64,000 nucleotides of DNA. Source: Candidatus Binatia bacterium. GTDB lineage: Bacteria; Desulfobacterota; Binatia; UBA9968; CAXXLF01. This document shows positions 41,588 to 52,314 of this stretch, one piece after another (position 1 is the first letter of the stretch; every line of letters begins with the position of its first letter). The notes under the pieces are model-generated. The model saw nothing but the letters and a program-made list of their open reading frames with translations, did not search any database and was not told where the DNA came from. The position numbers and the translations under genes were made by a program. Where the stretch lies: contig CAXXLF010000002.1 of the NCBI GenBank assembly GCA_963664015.2, positions 1,056,001 through 1,120,000 on the forward strand, read 5' to 3'.

Positions 41588-42670
41588 TTATAAACCGAAG
41601 AAGGCTTCGGCGTTATCCTTGACAATCTTTTTCTTAACGCCGTTAGTAACATCCGTGCGTTCCACAAAGGTGTTCAACGCCTTGACGTTGGAAAATGGGT
41701 CCGTGTGGCCAAAGTCGGTACCGATGATTAGCTGGTCCTCGCCGGCGTACTGAATGATATAGGGCAGGTGGTCTTCGTACTCGCACGCGATCCAGACTCG
41801 CTTTTTTGCCAAGAGGTCAAGGGTGGCGTTCATTGGCAGATTGAGCACCCGAACCACGCCCTCCAGCACCCATACGAGCCACTGGGCGCCGGCCTCGATA
41901 AAACCGACCCGCAGCTTGGGAAACTGCTCGGGAACATCGCTCTTGAGATAGGTATGGCACGCGGCCACGGTAGGGACCCGGAATCTCCAGAAGAGGCTCT
42001 GTTTCACCAGTTCCACATGTGCCGGACAGGCGTTGGCGATATGTACAGTTATAGGCAGGTCGAGACTTTGAGCTTCCTCATAGATAGGGAAAAAATAAGG
42101 ATCCGTCAGGTGGCGGTCGCCTTCCAGCGGACGCAGGGAGATACCCACCGCTCCGTTTTCCTTACACCAGCGAACCTCTTTGACGGCGTCTGTTATGCTA
42201 AGCGTCGGCGGCAGGCAGGTCCAGCGCAGCCGTTCTTTGTCTTGCGCCCACGTATTCCCCATCCAGCGGTTGTAGCTTCGGCACAGCGCTAACTCGGCAT
42301 CAGGGTTTACCGTCACTTGCGACAACCAGAGGCTGTTATGCATCACCTGGACGTCGATTCCCACCTGATCCATTTGTTCCAGCCGCTGATCGGCCCGGGT
42401 TAGCTCCCTCGCTCCAGTGGAGGTTCTCATCTCTCGGCCGGTACTCTCGGAGAGCTCTACCAATTCATGCTCGGTCCGGTCTCTGGGACGGAACCCCACT
42501 TCCTTACCGTCCAACAGCCAACACTGCTGGCCTGGCTCCGTGGCGGACTGGACTAGCCGAGGGCGGAAGGGTTCCTCGGAGGGACCCAGGTAGGCCCACG
42601 TGCTTTCATTCTCGATAACATGGGAATCCGAATCGATCATCAAAACCTGTTCGCCGCCTATGTTGAGCAT
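41588..42670 (-). CDS. Amidohydrolase_2 family protein
   Basis: IDSDSHVIE, YNRW, PITVH, FIEAG, GTDFGH. Confidence 0.88.
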   Translation of the reverse strand: MLNIGGEQVLMIDSDSHVIENESTWAYLGPSEEPFRPRLVQSATEPGQQCWLLDGKEVGFRPRDRTEHELVELSESTGREMRTSTGARELTRADQRLEQMDQVGIDVQVMHNSLWLSQVTVNPDAELALCRSYNRWMGNTWAQDKERLRWTCLPPTLSITDAVKEVRWCKENGAVGISLRPLEGDRHLTDPYFFPIYEEAQSLDLPITVHIANACPAHVELVKQSLFWRFRVPTVAACHTYLKSDVPEQFPKLRVGFIEAGAQWLVWVLEGVVRVLNLPMNATLDLLAKKRVWIACEYEDHLPYIIQYAGEDQLIIGTDFGHTDPFSNVKALNTFVERTDVTNGVKKKIVKDNAEAFFGL

Positions 42671-42873
42671 CTGTCTTCCTCCCGACCGAGTTTACCCAGC
42701 TAAAACCCACACCACGAGCTTAGGCCCATACTCTGCAACACTCCCTTTTCAAGTAGTCCGAAAGAATTATCCCCCGCTCATACACGGGTTTTTCTCTGGT
42801 TCGGGTTAAACCTAATTAATTGTTCTGACGTTGTCAACGCCGGCAAAATGTAACGCCGTGAGTCTACAACCGG

Positions 42874-43563
42874 TCAGATGATGGGAGTCTTTCTGCTCAC
42901 GATACGCTCCAGGTGGAGGTGTCGGGCGGCGACCTTCGCTTGACCGCGGTCCCACTCGATACCGATCCATTGACGCCCCATTCGGGCTGCCACGGCTCCG
43001 ACCGCCCCGCTGCCAAAATAAGGATCCAGGACCCTCCCGGTCGGGGCCAGGTTAAGGATCTTCTCAACCACCGCCGGAGGCATAGCGTCCCAAAGGCTGC
43101 CGGAGGGCGACCAGGGGATGGGCAGGTGCAGGCAAAGGGGATCCTTGGGAGGAAGGCTGCGTATCCCGGCCTTGATAAAGCGTAGCAGGTAATTGATCTG
43201 ATCATCCCACCGAAGGCTGGAAGGGCACTCGATCCAAAATCCCTTTCCCTGAAACGACCAGCCCTTCTGGCGGAGCGAATCGGCCACCAGGGCATCCATG
43301 GCGATCCACTCGCGGCCATCATGACGGTCTCCCATGATAAGCCAGAGCTCGCCGCGAGGCTTTAGCACCCGAAGCCACTCGCGACCGTGTTCGGTAGCAA
43401 TCCTAGTGGCGTATCGTGATGCCGAGGGGCGCCCCGTACCCCGTATCCAGTAAGGCGGGCTCGTCAAGATCACACCCACCGAACCGGCAGCTATCATGGG
43501 CATCGTCCGGTTGTCTCCAACCACAAGAACACCCGACCCGTCTTTACTCTGGTATCGAACCAA
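42874..43563 (-). CDS. Short orphan N4/N6 DNA methyltransferase-like protein (beta order)
   Basis: Motif IV TSPPYW precedes motif I VLDPYFGSG; RVLKPRG, WIGIE. Confidence 0.75.
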   Translation of the reverse strand: MVRYQSKDGSGVLVVGDNRTMPMIAAGSVGVILTSPPYWIRGTGRPSASRYATRIATEHGREWLRVLKPRGELWLIMGDRHDGREWIAMDALVADSLRQKGWSFQGKGFWIECPSSLRWDDQINYLLRFIKAGIRSLPPKDPLCLHLPIPWSPSGSLWDAMPPAVVEKILNLAPTGRVLDPYFGSGAVGAVAARMGRQWIGIEWDRGQAKVAARHLHLERIVSRKTPII

Positions 43564-43593
43564 CCGTGAATCTCCTTTAGACCTTTCTCCAAC

Positions 43594-43675
43594 CTATTTC
43601 TGTAGGCTGAAGAACCTCCTGGATCGACTTGATGATGTGACCGTCACAATCGATAACCTTGATCTTTTCTCCCAT
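43594..43675 (-). pseudogene. Collapsed amidohydrolase relic (N- and C-termini only)
   Basis: MGEKIKVIDCDGHII followed immediately, in another frame, by RRFFSLQK*. Confidence 0.6.
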
Positions 43676-43884
43676 GCCAATTCTTCTCATATGAAAAATA
43701 TCTGAGGTCAACTTTTAGAGATCATAGAAAGCACAACGGACTGCCCGTCTCTTTTCGTATAATACTTGTGGCCCCGTTCTTAAACTTCAAGCACACAACT
43801 TTATTCTGCCATCAACTAATGGAACGTTAGCGCATAGCAAAGAATTGATTTAGTTGAATAGAAATTGCTTTTAAACATCCGCCG

Positions 43885-45099
43885 TCACTCAATGGCTTTT
43901 TCCGGACTAGGCAGCATCCAGTACGTGAAACACCCAAGGACAAGGGACCCGATTCCACCGATGAGATAGAGGGCATCGATCCCCGCATGTTCCAGAAGCC
44001 AACCGGCCCCTATATTGGACGTGATTCCGGCCATTCCCATTCCGACCATCGAGTAAAGGCCTTGGGCTGTGGACCGAAGCTGCTCGGGGGCTACCGCGTC
44101 CAGGTAGAGAGGGGCGCCCAGTAAAACACCGACGACCGTCACAGCATGCAGCGCCTGGATAGGATAGAGCCAGAAAAGATCATCGATCATACCGCACAGG
44201 GTCCAGCGCAGCCCACTTGCCAAAATACCAATCAGGAGAAGGCCGCGGGCCCCAAACCGGGTGAGACCGATGCCCGTGAACAAGATCAGCGGGACTTCAA
44301 CCGCGAGCATCAGAATCCACATGCCTCGTATTGTATCGATGTCCCCCCCACGCGAGCGGATGAAGACTGGAAAAAACCACATGGGACCATGGAGCATAAT
44401 ATAGGCGACAAAGACAAAGAGTAGGAATCGAACGAAGGCTCTGTTTCCGAACAAACCGCGCCAATCACCACGGGCCGCGCGAAGTGCGACGCTTCCTTCT
44501 CGGGGAAGTCGGAAGCTAATCAGGGCGGCCAAAAATACAAGCACCGAGGCGACAACAAACATAATCTCTAGTCCTGGTTGTGATGGCCCTCCTGGTTCCT
44601 GGGCCAGGCCGGACCATTTCTGGTAGGCCTTCAAGACCCAGGGAAAACCGACAACGAGCACAAAAAACCCGAGGGTCCCCCACACTCGGACGAAGCCATA
44701 GGCGTGGGGCCCCGCGTTACGAAGCACGGCAAGGCTTACAGACATCGTGATCGGCATAACGCCGGTCTCAAAGACGGCAAAGAGCGCCGTTGCAGCAATG
44801 ATCGCCAAAAATCCCGTGGCCCCGGCAAGGACCAGATAACCAAGAGACGTCCCGATGACAAGGCACGCCAGCACACGGCTTCGAGCACCGGTCCGGTCAG
44901 CCACCTGCCCCCACAGAGGTTGTACCACGATGGCTATCAAAGGCATGATCGCGAGGGCGATTCCAACTTCAGTACCCGATAGTCCCGCATTCTCTCTCAG
45001 ATAGAGGCTGAAATAAGGGAAGAATATGCCCAGGGCACCCATGTAGACGAACCAGAATAGGTTGAGTGGCCCCGAGTGCCACAGGATCGGAGCTATCAT
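43885..45099 (-). CDS. MFS transporter (MFS_1_like)
   Basis: PYFSLYL, WGQVADRTG, YGFVRVWGTLG, AVEVP, STAQG. Confidence 0.88.
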   Translation of the reverse strand: MIAPILWHSGPLNLFWFVYMGALGIFFPYFSLYLRENAGLSGTEVGIALAIMPLIAIVVQPLWGQVADRTGARSRVLACLVIGTSLGYLVLAGATGFLAIIAATALFAVFETGVMPITMSVSLAVLRNAGPHAYGFVRVWGTLGFFVLVVGFPWVLKAYQKWSGLAQEPGGPSQPGLEIMFVVASVLVFLAALISFRLPREGSVALRAARGDWRGLFGNRAFVRFLLFVFVAYIMLHGPMWFFPVFIRSRGGDIDTIRGMWILMLAVEVPLILFTGIGLTRFGARGLLLIGILASGLRWTLCGMIDDLFWLYPIQALHAVTVVGVLLGAPLYLDAVAPEQLRSTAQGLYSMVGMGMAGITSNIGAGWLLEHAGIDALYLIGGIGSLVLGCFTYWMLPSPEKAIE

Positions 45100-45103
45100 C
45101 TTC

Positions 45104-46414
45104 CTAGTGCTTCACTTTTTGGGGCGAGCGAATGGCAAGGCACAGGAAGGCCGAAACCGTTAAAGCCATAATTAAAATAGTAAACGGGAGGAAGTAGCTT
45201 TTGGTGATGTCATATAGAAACCCAAAGAACGGAGGACCCGCAGCTGCAAAACCGTGGGTCATGAGCAGTCCCAATCCCCTCACTGTCCCCAACGACAGCC
45301 GACCGAAGTAAGCGGCCCAGAGTAGATCGGTCAGGACCATACCCCCGGAGATACCAATCCCATAGAGGAAAAACCCTAGATAGACAGGAACGAGTTGGGT
45401 CGTTGCTACGGCCATGGTTAACCCTACAGCCTGAACCGCAAACTTGATGACCAATGCCTTTCGAACTTCGATTCTCTCAGCGACGATTCCCCAGATCAGG
45501 GGAAAGGTTAACTGGGTGAACGCAATGATGCTCAAAACCGTAGCGGCAACGACGGCCGAACCGCTCATCTCGCTGACGTACGGAAAGATGTGAAGGTTCA
45601 AACCGGCAACGCCGACATTGGCAATAGACAAGGCGGCAACAATCAGCCAGAAGGCTTGAGTCCGAACCGCTTCTCTGCGGCTCCAGACCACTTCCTCTGA
45701 AGAATGCTGAACTGGGGGAGCTGCCCTTTCCCCCCCTCTTTCGGATGAGCCGGAATGGACAATGGGCTCCGCCGCCCCATCAGGATGAAAACCCATGTCT
45801 TCAGGGCGCCGGCGCATAAAGACAGCAGCGGGACCAACCACGAGGAGCAATGTCAAAACGCCGAAGACCGCCCAAACCAGCCGCCATCCAATTCAGGCAA
45901 TGAGGGAAGCGGCAATGATGGGCATCCCAATTTTCGCCGAGCCGATTCCCATGCTGGAAAAGGCAAGGGCGCGACCGCGTTTCTTAAAAAACCAACCGGA
46001 GATGGCCACGTTAATGACCATATAAGCCATAAAGGCATCGCCGATGCTGAGAACCCACCGTACAGTCAAAAACTGCCAAAAGGCTTCTACCTGACTCAAC
46101 ACAATAAATCCCACGCCGACGGCCAATGCTCCAAAAGTCATCAACCAGCGAGGACCATGACGGTCAACCATGGATCCGATCATGGGCGAGAGACCCGCAC
46201 TGATAATCCCTTCTCCTGATCGCAACAAAGAAAACACACCGCGGGAGATCCTCAGGTCCTGCGTCATGGGTTGCAAAAACACCCCCAGGGTACTCGAGAG
46301 GGAAAAGACGGACGCAAAGTTACCGAGGAAACCCACGGCCACGATATACCAACCGTAGAAAAACCTTCGTCCCTGGGGGTCGTGTGTTTCGCTACCTATG
46401 GATCCCATCGCCAA
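45104..46414 (-). pseudogene. MFS transporter (OFA-like) with internal nonsense codon
   Basis: FFYGWYIV, DRHGPR, WFFKKRGRA; in-frame TGA at 45893-45895 in LIA*IGWR. Confidence 0.85.
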
Positions 46415-46925
46415 CTCCGCACCATGATTCGATCGTCCTTCCGTCCGACTTTAATCGTTCCAAGAATTCATCGGCAGCAAGTCCCGTACGATAGGTAATG
46501 AGCAACCCCTATAACGCTCCGGTGGAGACGAGAATCCACGGGACAAGCCTAAGATCTTGCTTCAGAGTTGCCTTGACCGCAATTTGGAAACTCACCTGTA
46601 GTATCCTTGCCGACCTGGGATGAAAGGTCTCCGACTGTTCCAACCCAGGCCCAGGATAGGACGTGACTTCGCCGTTGTTGTCGGATCGGAGTTAACCATA
46701 GCTCAATCCAACCCCGAACCAAAGCCAACCTCCCCCGAATGGCGGAACGACTCAGACGCCATCGTCTTTGAATCGGCACCGACCTAACTGGGATTCACCG
46801 ATGGCATTCGGATTGAGTTGTCCTGCGTTGTCTTGCCGTGCAAGCTGGCCGGCGGTGGGCAACAGACTCAACGCTTGATGACAGCGAAGGGTGGGACGAT
46901 GGAACCCCAAAATTACGTGCAACCG

Positions 46926-47420
46926 TCAATGCTTTTTGCTCAAATACGGTATTAATTGATAGATTAGCCACACCACACCGAAAAAAAGCATATGGTTCCA
47001 GAACGGGGGACCGAAGGTCCGGTTCAGTCCGGGTAGCACCTCAGGTTGTCCCTTCCCCGCCAGCAGGCTGATGGTTACGGCGATTGCAGGCGCCGTAATC
47101 AAAGTTGTAAACCATCCCAGCCCGGCGGCAATGACCAGACCCAGGAGCATCTTGGCGAAATCGGTCAGCAGGAACGGAATCAGCATCAAAAGCGCGAAGA
47201 ACAACGCATACCCCAGGCTTACTCCCAGGTGGACTACCCAACCGAGAGGCAGCGTCAGAAACTGAGGATACCCCCCTTGCCTTACGACCTGCTGCCCCAT
47301 GAATCCGGTAATAGTGTGTGGCCCGGTGAGAACCTGAAAAACCCAGAACACCAGAGATCCGGCGATCCCCGCAACCAACCAGAGACTAGAATTAAAATGT
47401 TTCAATATATCTCCCTGCAA
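46926..47420 (-). CDS. Membrane protein, hypothetical
   Basis: Four hydrophobic segments with His in GWVVHL and FWNHML. Confidence 0.65.
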   Translation of the reverse strand: MQGDILKHFNSSLWLVAGIAGSLVFWVFQVLTGPHTITGFMGQQVVRQGGYPQFLTLPLGWVVHLGVSLGYALFFALLMLIPFLLTDFAKMLLGLVIAAGLGWFTTLITAPAIAVTISLLAGKGQPEVLPGLNRTFGPPFWNHMLFFGVVWLIYQLIPYLSKKH

Positions 47421-47555
47421 CAGAATTTAAGGGCTTCAAACTATTCCATAGGCCGCGCCAACCGGAACTCAATTTAAAACTAAGTGAGTTACACGTGTGG
47501 CGTCAAGATAAAAAAGCCAAAACTCACAGGTTCAGAAAAGACAATCACACCGTGG

Positions 47556-48047
47556 TCAATCATCAGCAACGGGGCTTTGCCTACCGTAGAGCCCCATGGC
47601 AGCGATACCCACACAAACAGAGACCGAAATGAAGAAGAAGGCTGGCTGGTTCATGGCGGGTAATACGGTAGCGTCCAGAGAATAGGGGCCAGGTCCCATG
47701 ATTCCGATGGCCACGCAGGTCCCGATTACTGCAATATTATACTCGTACCCACCGTCTCTCTCCCAAAACCCTTTATCCCGTTTGATCGTGATCATGGCCA
47801 CGACCATAACCGTAACGATTAGGGCACATCCCAGAAAGGTGACGGCACCCAGACTGAGCAACAGGCCGCCCGTTAGATTACCCAGTCCGCACAGGCTTGC
47901 CCAAAGACGCGGCACACGGAATCCCAGGCGTTGCATCACACTCGCCATAGTCCCGCCTCCAAACCAACCCATGTATTGATGCAGGCCATGGAACAGAAAG
48001 ATGATTCCGAACGTCAGACGCAGGATCAGCAGGCCGAGAGATTCCAT
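47556..48047 (-). CDS. DoxX family membrane protein
   Basis: LLILRLTFG...HG, GGYEY, GPGPYSLD. Confidence 0.88.
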   Translation of the reverse strand: MESLGLLILRLTFGIIFLFHGLHQYMGWFGGGTMASVMQRLGFRVPRLWASLCGLGNLTGGLLLSLGAVTFLGCALIVTVMVVAMITIKRDKGFWERDGGYEYNIAVIGTCVAIGIMGPGPYSLDATVLPAMNQPAFFFISVSVCVGIAAMGLYGRQSPVADD

Positions 48048-48065
48048 TAGGGGTAATCCTCCCAG

Positions 48066-49385
48066 TCACCTAGACGGAGGACCTAGTCTTTCTGCCTTTC
48101 TATGGGCACCCGCCTTAGAAGCGTCTGGAGGGAAGAGGCTGTCTCGCATGACATCGATCCAACGGACATGACGAGGAACGACCCTCCCCATAGCCCGCAC
48201 CCCATAATAAGTCGGGTCGAGGCCGAGGGGGTCGCCCCCTTCCCGAGTTTTGTGCACCGCCTGCATTAGCAAATGACGACCCGCAATGACTGCCCGGTCG
48301 GTACTCCCCAGGTGCTCGTGGGTCCGGTCCACGATGGGCCCCATACTTTCGGTAATCGCATGGTCCTGGGTATTGATCCCTTCGATCCCGGTATAGGTTT
48401 CATATTTCTGGACTTGCCGGTCGATAAGCCAGTCATTGTCTATGTTTCTGATCTTTCGAAAATCCGACGACTGTTCCTCGGAGCCTCTCCCCCGTACCTG
48501 TTCGATGTGAGCAAGTTGGCCGTCCTCCAGCGACTGATTGCCAAAGGCATACATCCAGTTATAAACCATACAATTTTCATCATCCATGGGTACCCACACA
48601 TGGCCTTCCACCATGGATTCCTGAGCAACTCCGGCGACAAAAGAGGAACGAATCTGGTGGAAGGGCATCACGAACTGGGCCGTCCAAACCATATTTTCTT
48701 TATCATTGATTGGATGAAGAGAGGCGCAAACATACCCGCAGTCCGTGATCTCAACATCCGATTCGGGAGTTGGGGATTCAATCCAGAAGCGTCGCGTTCC
48801 CGCCTTTGAAGTCTTGGGATCAACCACGCGGTGAAGGTACGATGCATGGGCGCCGTCGAACCCTCCTTCCAGAGCCTGCAACCAATTGCACTCCTGCCAG
48901 GTCTTTGACACAAACCGCCGCCCTTCTGGCACCTGGGTCCATTCGAACTTGGGTAATGGGGGCATCTTGTCTTCCGGCCCCATGTATGTCCAAATCACTC
49001 CGCCCAGTTCCACCGCCGGGTATGCCTTTAGGCGGATCTGGTCCTTGAAGTTTGTCGCCGCCGGTTCATTGGGCATGTCGATGCACCGGCCTTCGACATC
49101 GTACTTCCATCCGTGATAAACACAGCGCAGTCCCGACTCTTCATTGCGCCCCAAAAACAGCGAGGCCCCGCGGTGGGCGCAAAACTGGTCCAACAAACCG
49201 AGCCGGCCCTGGCTATCGCGAAATGCCACGAGACTCTCTCCCAGAAGCTTAATCCGGATCGGCGGGCAATCAGGCCCTACCAGTTCGGAGGAAAGGGTCG
49301 CCGGGATCCAGTATCGCCGCATCGCCGCTCCCATCGGAGTATCGGGCCCCGTTCGCGTCAACAGATCGTTTTCTTCCTTCGTCAT
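48066..49385 (-). CDS. Rieske non-heme iron oxygenase alpha subunit (phthalate 4,5-dioxygenase/LigXa-like)
   Basis: TRTGPDTPMG, RRYWIP, CAHRG...CVYHGW, CNWLQALEG, DGAHASYLH, QDHAITESMG. Confidence 0.92.
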   Translation of the reverse strand: MTKEENDLLTRTGPDTPMGAAMRRYWIPATLSSELVGPDCPPIRIKLLGESLVAFRDSQGRLGLLDQFCAHRGASLFLGRNEESGLRCVYHGWKYDVEGRCIDMPNEPAATNFKDQIRLKAYPAVELGGVIWTYMGPEDKMPPLPKFEWTQVPEGRRFVSKTWQECNWLQALEGGFDGAHASYLHRVVDPKTSKAGTRRFWIESPTPESDVEITDCGYVCASLHPINDKENMVWTAQFVMPFHQIRSSFVAGVAQESMVEGHVWVPMDDENCMVYNWMYAFGNQSLEDGQLAHIEQVRGRGSEEQSSDFRKIRNIDNDWLIDRQVQKYETYTGIEGINTQDHAITESMGPIVDRTHEHLGSTDRAVIAGRHLLMQAVHKTREGGDPLGLDPTYYGVRAMGRVVPRHVRWIDVMRDSLFPPDASKAGAHRKAERLGPPSR

Positions 49386-49398
49386 GACCAAGACTCCT

Positions 49399-50883
49399 TC
49401 AATGCTTAGTTCGTCCGCGCAAACGACTTCGATCCTCAACCTCGAGGTAATCGGCCAGATTCACAGTTGGCCATTCACTTCGAGTAAAAAATCCGATGTC
49501 CTCTCCCTTTTTCATCTGGCGAAGTTTCCACGGAATTGTAGCGTCAATCACAAGCTTTGCCCTTGTAACCGGCTCACCCAATCGCTCCTGAACCCCGGCG
49601 ATGGGATTTACCCGGTTGGTTCTTGCCCTTGGCAATACATGGTGCTGCTCTGCAGGATCGCAACGTGTCGTACACGCCCACTCTACTTCGGTCAGGTCAT
49701 AGATGTTGATGTCCTCGTCCACCAGGACAACCTTGTCTAGATAATTGAGGAACCCGTATGCCGCCAGGGCGACGTTCATCTGCAGGCCCTCGTGCTGGAT
49801 CTCGGTTTTTCGGACCTTGATAATGCCCATATGGCCTGCAGTACGGGGCAAGAGATGGAAATCCACCACGAACTCGCCAAAGATCGACCGCAGGAATCGG
49901 TAGAACTGGGCCTGGGTTCCAATTCCCAGCATATGCGGCGCCAGACCTGGGATTAGGATATTCTCGACCGGATCGTTTCGGTAGGTTAGACACGTAATGT
50001 CGACGATCGGCGGATGAACCTCCATGCCCAGGTAACCCAGATACTCGGGCCAGGGACCGTCGTTACCCCGCTCATAGGGTGGCCGAATCTCCCCTTCGAC
50101 AACGATCTCCGCCGCTGCGGGGACTTCCAGGTCGACGGTCTTGCACTTCACCATCTGAAGAGGCGACTTCAGGATGCCCCCGGCAAAGTCCGTCTCGTCC
50201 GACCCATAGGGTAGCTTGCTGACTGCCGCCAGATAAACGGCCGGTGGAACGCTGATACATAGGGCAACCGGAAGCGGTTGGCCCAACTCCACCGCCTGCT
50301 GAAGATAGAGACCGCTATGCTGGTCCCACTGGATGTTAATGATCAAACGCCCGTCCGGTTGGATGCAGGCCCGGTTAACAGCCAGATTCAGCACACCCGT
50401 ACGTGGATGCCTTAGAAAAATTGCCATTTGATAGTACTTCCGCTCAACCTTGAGCGCCCCATGGGTCGGCGGGAGGTACTGTTCGAGGGCAACCGGTCCA
50501 AGCACAACGTTTTCCTGACACGGAGCGGCATCGACGAGAATGGAAGGGATGGGGTGATCGAGCGCATCCAAAAAGCTCGACTTGGTCATTGCCTGCTCTG
50601 GAGAGAAACCGCACATGAGTGCGAAGCGCCCCTGTTCGGCGAAGAGATTCCCGACCACCCGGCGACCCGGGTAACCTCGCACGTTCTCGAAAAGCACTGC
50701 CGGGATCGGTGTGATCGATGCAGCCGCACGGAGAACAGCAGGAATCTCGATGAGGGGATCCACTTCCCGTTGGATCCGTATGAGCTCATCCAGGGAATCT
50801 GCGGTCTCAAGAGCCCCCCGAAGGTCATGGGCGGACCTGGACCCTGTAGCACCTTCCAACGTGGGACCCTTGACCTGTTCCAT
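49399..50883 (-). CDS. UbiD-family (prFMN) decarboxylase
   Basis: DLRGAL, APCQE, VPAAAEIVVEG, DGPWPEYLGY, VDEDINIYD, IDAT; stop abuts the Rieske gene RBS. Confidence 0.88.
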   Translation of the reverse strand: MEQVKGPTLEGATGSRSAHDLRGALETADSLDELIRIQREVDPLIEIPAVLRAAASITPIPAVLFENVRGYPGRRVVGNLFAEQGRFALMCGFSPEQAMTKSSFLDALDHPIPSILVDAAPCQENVVLGPVALEQYLPPTHGALKVERKYYQMAIFLRHPRTGVLNLAVNRACIQPDGRLIINIQWDQHSGLYLQQAVELGQPLPVALCISVPPAVYLAAVSKLPYGSDETDFAGGILKSPLQMVKCKTVDLEVPAAAEIVVEGEIRPPYERGNDGPWPEYLGYLGMEVHPPIVDITCLTYRNDPVENILIPGLAPHMLGIGTQAQFYRFLRSIFGEFVVDFHLLPRTAGHMGIIKVRKTEIQHEGLQMNVALAAYGFLNYLDKVVLVDEDINIYDLTEVEWACTTRCDPAEQHHVLPRARTNRVNPIAGVQERLGEPVTRAKLVIDATIPWKLRQMKKGEDIGFFTRSEWPTVNLADYLEVEDRSRLRGRTKH

Positions 50884-51090
50884 GGGGCACTTGTACCACA
50901 GGACCTCATACCCATCCAAGTCCGGTGACACCCCTAAGGCCAAGCCAAATGACAAATCGCCATATGGGGTTTACTTCCCATGCTCATCTAAGGTATTAGG
51001 CAACTGAGCCATGCGCGCTGAAATACCATTGGCGCTCACACCAATACTGAAATTAGGGTTAACAATCCTCATCGAAGAGTAAGGACTACC

Positions 51091-52221
51091 ATGCCTGAAG
51101 GGGTTCGCTTATACGCCGGCACACAAGACGGCCTGTCCGTCTGGCGTTCGACCAGTAACGGCTTCGAAACGGTTGCTTCAAGCTTTTCCGGTGGCATTAT
51201 TGAGGCGATCGCCGGTTGCACCCTCCACCCGGAAAGAGTCTTCGTCGGCGTCGCCCACGATGGGCTATACCGCACAGTCGACGGGGGAAACCATTGGACC
51301 AAGGTCTTGCAGGGTGACGTCAGGTCGGTCACGGTCGATCCCAATTCGGACGATATCGTATACGCGGGCACCGAACCCGTGATCCTCTACCGAAGCGATG
51401 ACGGAGGCGATAGTTGGGAGGGGTCCACTTCCCTGATGTCCTTTGCGTTGGCCCACGGTGTCCACTTTTTTCAGACCTTCATCCTACCAAGGGATTCCCA
51501 TCCCCCTGAGGTGAAGAACAAGTGGTGGTTTCCCCGTACTCCTCACGTAGCCCATATCACCTGTATATTCATCCATCCTGACGATTCGAACATCATCTAC
51601 CTGAGCGTCGAACACGGCGGCGTCGTGCGTAGCCATGACCGGGGGAAAACTTGGGAGGATGTCAGCCAGGGAATTGATTACCTCGACATTCACGTGATCA
51701 AGAACCAACCCGGAAGTCTTGAGCGTTACTTTGTATCCAGCGCGCGTGGATTTTATACCAGCACTGACCCTTCCCAAGGGTGGGTGCTGGCACAAAACGG
51801 ATTTACCCGCAACTACTTTCACGATTTTCTCTTCCTGCCGCCTCAGCGCGTAGACGACAATGCGACCCTAGTCATCGCAACTGCCGATCAGTCGCCGGGA
51901 TTCTGGAACCGACCGCAAAACGCCCGCTCCGCGGTCTTCCGCAGCTTGGACTACGCTCAATCTTGGCACCGCGTTGGCGAGGGACTCCCGGATATTCTCG
52001 AAGCCATGGTTTGGGCGCTTGCCCCGCATCCCCATGACTCCAATGCGCTCTATGCGGGATTGGGAAACGTCTCCCGCGGGTACGCGCTCCCCCTACCCCA
52101 CTACATGGGATCAGGGGGAAACGGTCACATCCTTTTCAGTCGTGACCGGGGCGAAAGCTGGGAGGACCTACATCTCCAGTTGCCTCCCGACCGTGTCCTT
52201 TGGGCCGCCCCGGATTCATGA
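51091..52221 (+). CDS. Cytoplasmic BNR/Asp-box beta-propeller protein
   Basis: TVDGGNHW, SDDGGDSW, SHDRGKTW, SRDRGESW; no signal peptide. Confidence 0.85.
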   Translation: MPEGVRLYAGTQDGLSVWRSTSNGFETVASSFSGGIIEAIAGCTLHPERVFVGVAHDGLYRTVDGGNHWTKVLQGDVRSVTVDPNSDDIVYAGTEPVILYRSDDGGDSWEGSTSLMSFALAHGVHFFQTFILPRDSHPPEVKNKWWFPRTPHVAHITCIFIHPDDSNIIYLSVEHGGVVRSHDRGKTWEDVSQGIDYLDIHVIKNQPGSLERYFVSSARGFYTSTDPSQGWVLAQNGFTRNYFHDFLFLPPQRVDDNATLVIATADQSPGFWNRPQNARSAVFRSLDYAQSWHRVGEGLPDILEAMVWALAPHPHDSNALYAGLGNVSRGYALPLPHYMGSGGNGHILFSRDRGESWEDLHLQLPPDRVLWAAPDS

Positions 52222-52314
52222 CGCACTATTGACAAGATTGAATAATAAGTCCGCACATTAGGTTGCCATGTAACTAATTTGACACGTCCCGATTGGGACT
52301 GTTACCGTTCAACA

